DNA of 64,000 nucleotides from Alphaproteobacteria bacterium (GTDB lineage Bacteria; Pseudomonadota; Alphaproteobacteria; MPNO01; UBA830): NCBI GenBank assembly GCA_965243135.1, contig OZ251539.1, positions 5,472,001 to 5,536,000 of the forward strand, read 5' to 3'. Shown piece by piece: positions 59,850 to 64,000 of this stretch (position 1 is its first letter; each line of letters starts with the position of its first letter). The notes under the pieces were generated by a model. It saw only the letters and a program-made list of their open reading frames with translations, ran no database searches and was not told where the DNA came from. The position numbers and the translations under genes were made by a program.

Positions 59850-60350
59850 ATGCTATTTGACGTGCATCAATTCGTGATCGAAGATTTGGATGATATCCAA
59901 GGAAAGGGAATCTGGGAGAAAATCGAAGAAGAAGAAAATAAGCCCGGTTTGAGAAATGCGAGTGGTTGCTATATTTTTTCAATCAGGAACGGAAGAAATT
60001 TCAAGACTTGGTATGTCGGAAAATCTGAAAAGACACGTTTTTATGCCGAGGTTTTTAATAAAAATAATATGATAAAATGTAAAGAACTCTTGAAAAAAAA
60101 TGGAGAGCTTAACCTGTTCTTGCTGCCAAAACTTACCCCTACAGGAAGATTCGGAAAACCCAGAGAAAGTCGCACCGTGCAGCATCTTGAGTGGATGCTC
60201 ATTGGTTATGCGCTTCAGCAGAACGGGGATCTCTTCAACAAGAGTCACGCCCAGATGCTCAAGCAGCTGGAAGTTCCAGGTCTCTTCGGAGACGGGCCGG
60301 GTCCTAAGCCGTTGAAGGTCCAGAATTTCAGGCGCACTCTCGGGCTTTAA
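59850..60350 (+). CDS. GIY-YIG-like nuclease, 166 aa
   Basis: SGCYIF...WYVGKSEK.RF, HLE, LFN; low GC. Confidence 0.7.
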   Translation: MLFDVHQFVIEDLDDIQGKGIWEKIEEEENKPGLRNASGCYIFSIRNGRNFKTWYVGKSEKTRFYAEVFNKNNMIKCKELLKKNGELNLFLLPKLTPTGRFGKPRESRTVQHLEWMLIGYALQQNGDLFNKSHAQMLKQLEVPGLFGDGPGPKPLKVQNFRRTLGL

Positions 60351-60369
60351 GGGAGCAAGCGTCGCGGCG

Positions 60370-60660
60370 CGGCCTTCCCTGATTCCGTCCCTCCGCCAGC
60401 GTAGCATGACACTCAGTAACAGAACACAGTGATCGGTGCCTCCGTTTGCAACACTGCACTTTCAAGGTACCTTTACGACAACTCTACAATAAGTTTGCGG
60501 TGTATCGTTGCGGAGCTTGATCTCGCAGTCGACTATGTCTGCTCCGTATTTTTCCAGACATGGTCCTTCCATCCGTTCGTGGGGTCGTGCCGCGGCAGAA
60601 TTCCCGTCTGCGCCTGCAAGAAAAGCCGGAGCAGCAACAGGCAGATCGCTACCGCTTGAT
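60370..60660 (-). repeat. copy of the 3' end and flank of gene 61827-62390
   Basis: Nucleotide match to ~61750-62030. Confidence 0.88.
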
Positions 60661-61160
60661 GCCAGACGCACCAGCTCCCCTCGCGCCTTGTTCAGACTCC
60701 GCAAGCTGATTCGTTGGAAGCCGAGCACTTCCTTGATTTAGCCATTGGGCACCTCGGACAGCCACTTGCGTTGCGCGGGCTGCTCCCGGCCCGTCGGCGT
60801 CGCCAGCTTCTTGACCATTCGATGCGTTGCCGGGTGTGTCTTCGCATCCCGCCACCCGCTTGCCTCGCGCTATGCGCCCTCCGCGGACTTCCAGCTCCGA
60901 CAAGTCCCGCTCGTTGCAGTACCCGGCAAGCACCATCTCGGGCCGCGCGTCGAACCTGTCCTTGGCCTCATCGAGCAACCCCACCATCGCGCCCGAGTTG
61001 ACAGGGCATCGTTTTCTACGGCGCAGACGGGGCGGAGAGCCTTTGCCGCTGTCGCGCCGGATGTCCCCGTGTGGGTTACTTTCCTGCGCCTGCCGCGGCG
61101 GCAGGGTCGGCGGCACCGGTTCGCCGTGCCGGGGATCAACCCGTTCGATTGACATCGTCC
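60660..61160 (-). mobile_element. IS1182-like transposase remnant
   Basis: AGYCNERDL and LGFQRISLRSLNKARGE (compare the GFRRFSLRGL.K..GE C-terminal motif). Confidence 0.65.
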
Positions 61161-61215
61161 GCGTGTATCGGTAAAATATGGAACTGAACGAAGAATTGTC
61201 GAAGAGGAGAATGAA

Positions 61216-61710
61216 ATGCTATTTGACGTGCATCGATCCGTGATCGAGGATTTGGATGATATCCATGGCATCTGGGAGAAAATCGAAGAAGAAGAAAATA
61301 AGCCCGGTTTGAGAAATGCAAGCGGTTGTTACATTTTTTCGATAAAGCACGGAAATAACTTTAAACCTTGGTATGTCGGAAAAGCGGAAAAAACACGTTT
61401 TTCTACCGAAGTTTTCAATAAAAGAAATCAAAAAATGTGTCGGGATATTTTGAAAAAACCAGGAAAAATTAACCTGTTCTTGCTGCCAAAACTTACCCCT
61501 ACAGGAAGATTTGCAAGACCCCAACCTTCACGTCATATACAGCACCTAGAGGTGCACCTCATTAGTTGGGCTCTAAAGCGGAACGAGAATCTCTCCAATG
61601 TGCATTACGCCACAATATTCAGGGAGCTGGAAGTCCCAGGTCTCTTCAACGACGGTCCGGGTCAGCCGCCGTTAGAGGTCCAGGACCTCAAGCACACTCT
61701 TGGGCTTTAG
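61216..61710 (+). CDS. GIY-YIG-like nuclease, 164 aa
   Basis: SGCYIF...WYVGKAEK.RF, HLE, LSN; paralogue of 59850 and 44081. Confidence 0.7.
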   Translation: MLFDVHRSVIEDLDDIHGIWEKIEEEENKPGLRNASGCYIFSIKHGNNFKPWYVGKAEKTRFSTEVFNKRNQKMCRDILKKPGKINLFLLPKLTPTGRFARPQPSRHIQHLEVHLISWALKRNENLSNVHYATIFRELEVPGLFNDGPGQPPLEVQDLKHTLGL

Positions 61711-61826
61711 GAGGGCAAAGTCAAAGCTGCGCCTTTCCCCAATTTCTTTGAGTTCCTCCGCCGCCGTAGCGTGACACTCAGTAGTCGAGCATGGCGATCA
61801 GCGTTTCCATGTGCGACACCGCACTT

Positions 61827-62390
61827 TCACGGTACCTTTACGACGATCTTGCACTGCGGCGGGGTATCGTTGCGAATCTTGAGATCGCAGTCCATCATTT
61901 CCGCTCCGTATTTCTCCCAGATATGGTCCTTCCACCCGTTCGTCGGGTCGTTTCGCGGCAGAATTCCCGTCTGCGCCTGCAAGAAAAGCCCGAGCAGCAA
62001 CAGGCATATCGCTGCGGCCGAGCCGCCCGCCAGAAACAGCCGCCTGTTGTCGTTCCGTTGCAGTTCCCGCCACCTGTCGAAATCCGCCGCGAACGCGCGG
62101 ATCCGCTTCTCGAGATCGGCCGCTGCCGCCTTGCCGTCGTCTTTCGGCGGCTCCGGCTCGGCCTGCTCCGCCGGCGCTTCGACCGCCTTCGCGAGCCCGG
62201 ACAGCGCCTCTCCGAGTTCCGCGAACCGCACCGCCATAAACTTCGCCGTCCGGGTCTCCGACGCGGCGAGCAGCGCCGAAACCTCCTCCAGCGCGCGCTC
62301 TCTTTCGTCCTTCGGAGCGTCCGCCGCCGCGGGCGGCGTTCCCCCGAGATCGGCCGGCCGGGGCGGCGGCGGAGCGGGTTCCTCAGCCAC
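61827..62390 (-). CDS. hypothetical single-pass membrane protein coupled to virD4
   Basis: Helical N-terminus, one hydrophobic segment (AAAICLLLLGLFL); overlaps the virD4 stop. Confidence 0.75.
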   Translation of the reverse strand: MAEEPAPPPPRPADLGGTPPAAADAPKDERERALEEVSALLAASETRTAKFMAVRFAELGEALSGLAKAVEAPAEQAEPEPPKDDGKAAAADLEKRIRAFAADFDRWRELQRNDNRRLFLAGGSAAAICLLLLGLFLQAQTGILPRNDPTNGWKDHIWEKYGAEMMDCDLKIRNDTPPQCKIVVKVP

Positions 62391-64000
62391 GGCCGGCGGC
62401 CGCCGCCCGCTTGCGCAGGACGAACGGGTTGGGGTCGGCGAGCCGCCTTGCGTCGGGCCGCAGCCAGTAGCGGGCGTGGCGCAGATGCAGGGCGTCTCGC
62501 GGTACGTCCTTCGCGGCGGCGACGACGTACTGCTCGTCCGGCCCCATGGTCATCAGGTCGTCGGGGGCGACCAGGCGTTCCTTGACGACGGACAGGGTTT
62601 CCCCCCGGGACCGGGACGCCTCGAGAAGGCGGGATTCCTGGACCGTGCCGGAGACGTTTTCCGAGCGGTTCTCGAACGTCGCGCTGCCGATCGCCGCCGA
62701 CAGGTTCTCCGCGCCGGAGGCGTCCATGCGCGGGAAGCCGAGAATCTGGACGACCTCGGCGAGATGGACGAGGGTCCGGCAGCGTTCCGGGCCCCAGGTC
62801 GCCTCGAGGGCGCTGAGGCTCTGCGCGAAGCTCCAGAAGTGGATCCCGCGTCCGGCGGCGGTGTTGTAGGCGTCCATGACGGGCTGCAGGAAACCGAGGC
62901 GCGGCATCTCGTCGAGGATCAGGAGGAGGTCGCGTCCGAGGGCGCGGCGCGACGGGACCGCGTTCGGGATCGCGATCCAGAGCCTGATCCATCCCTTGAC
63001 GCGGTCGAGCGCCTCCTCGGGACAAACGACGAAGAGGTCGACGTCGCCGTCGGCGACGTCTTCCGGATCGAAGGTGGATTCCGAAGTGTGCGCCGCGAGT
63101 TCGGGATACGTCATGAAGGCGAGCTGGTTGGCGATCGTCGTGAAATTCGAGCCGCCTTCCTCCTTGCCGACGCGGGTTTCCCTCTCGACCGCCAGATGGG
63201 CGAGACCGCCGCAGAATGGCTCGGTCTCCTTCACGCGTCGTCCGAACATCTCCTGCTCCTTCGCGCCCTTCGACAGCAGCCCGTGGAGAAAGGCGAGGTT
63301 GCGTTTCTCCGGCGGCTCCCGGAAGCGGACCCAGGCCATGTATCCGGCGATCAGCGACCGCGCCGACTCGTAGAAATGCCGCGAGTTGCCCTGCTCGTTC
63401 GCGGGCGGCGTCAGCAGGGCGTCGAGCAGGACGTCGATGTCGCGGACGGCGGCCGCCTCGTCGTCGCGGATGAAGTCGAACGGGTTGTAGCGGGCGGATT
63501 CCGCGTCCGGGAGATGCAGCGCCTCGCCGAACTGCGCCGCATGGTTGGCGACGACGCCGAAGGGGTCCAGAAGGATCGGGCGGCGGCCCATCTCGCGCCT
63601 GCGGCGGGCGACGACGCAGAACGTCTCGCCCCTCGGGTCGACGAGCACGGTCGAGCCGGGCCAGCCCCTGCCGCCGGGCGACAGGTAGTTGAGGGCGATT
63701 TCCGCGCCCTTGCCCGCGCGCGGCGGCGCGACGGTGAGGGCGCATCCTTCCATGTTCCAGGCGATCAGGGGCGAGGAGGCGCCCGGCCCGCGCTGGCCGA
63801 GCAGGATGCCGCGGCGCCTGGAGAGCTCCCGCATGTGGGAAGGGCCGAGAAGGCGGGCCTTGCCGTAGAGGTCCGACCGGGCGGGTTTCCTGCGCTCTCC
63901 GCGGCGCAGCCCGGCCGCGTCCGCCAGCGCCTCGGCCCACAGCCACAGCGCGGCGGCGGCGACCGCCGGCGAGGCCGCGACGGCGAGATCGGGGACGTCG
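62383..64000 (-). CDS. virD4: VirD4/TraG type IV coupling protein (5' end outside the window)
   Basis: LYGKAR, APPRAGKG (Walker A), VDPRGE, YNPFD, LILDEMPRLG (Walker B), AQSLS. Confidence 0.92.
   Translation of the reverse strand, partial: DVPDLAVAASPAVAAAALWLWAEALADAAGLRRGERRKPARSDLYGKARLLGPSHMRELSRRRGILLGQRGPGASSPLIAWNMEGCALTVAPPRAGKGAEIALNYLSPGGRGWPGSTVLVDPRGETFCVVARRRREMGRRPILLDPFGVVANHAAQFGEALHLPDAESARYNPFDFIRDDEAAAVRDIDVLLDALLTPPANEQGNSRHFYESARSLIAGYMAWVRFREPPEKRNLAFLHGLLSKGAKEQEMFGRRVKETEPFCGGLAHLAVERETRVGKEEGGSNFTTIANQLAFMTYPELAAHTSESTFDPEDVADGDVDLFVVCPEEALDRVKGWIRLWIAIPNAVPSRRALGRDLLLILDEMPRLGFLQPVMDAYNTAAGRGIHFWSFAQSLSALEATWGPERCRTLVHLAEVVQILGFPRMDASGAENLSAAIGSATFENRSENVSGTVQESRLLEASRSRGETLSVVKERLVAPDDLMTMGPDEQYVVAAAKDVPRDALHLRHARYWLRPDARRLADPNPFVLRKRAAAAGRG

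Overview
GC-rich, mosaic mobile/defence island with no core housekeeping, rRNA, tRNA or CRISPR features. The gene content (secreted ankyrin proteins, MobF relaxase, VirD4) resembles host-associated, possibly sponge-symbiont proteobacteria; that is an inference. The backbone is a MobF relaxase-primase fusion, a tyrosine recombinase (one intact copy and four decayed ones) and a VirD4 coupling protein cut by the window edge. Defence cargo comprises an MzaBCDE-like operon with a truncated C5-MTase, a nuclease-STAND ATPase, an EcoRII-like/Vsr/HTH-Dcm operon, a NotI-like RM pair, an orphan TIR protein, an unknown+PIN gene pair, three GIY-YIG-like paralogues and a trypsin-like protease. Host-interaction cargo comprises three ankyrin paralogues, a surface lipoprotein and an autotransporter, the last two with homopolymer tracts upstream. 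The most striking feature is architectural. Many cargo genes sit between decayed partial duplicates of their neighbouring backbone genes (A-b'-cargo-a'-B), and in some arms similarity fades toward the cargo. This suggests cassettes that move by homologous recombination using captured homology arms. All calls come from visual motif recognition and manual alignment; no searches were run.
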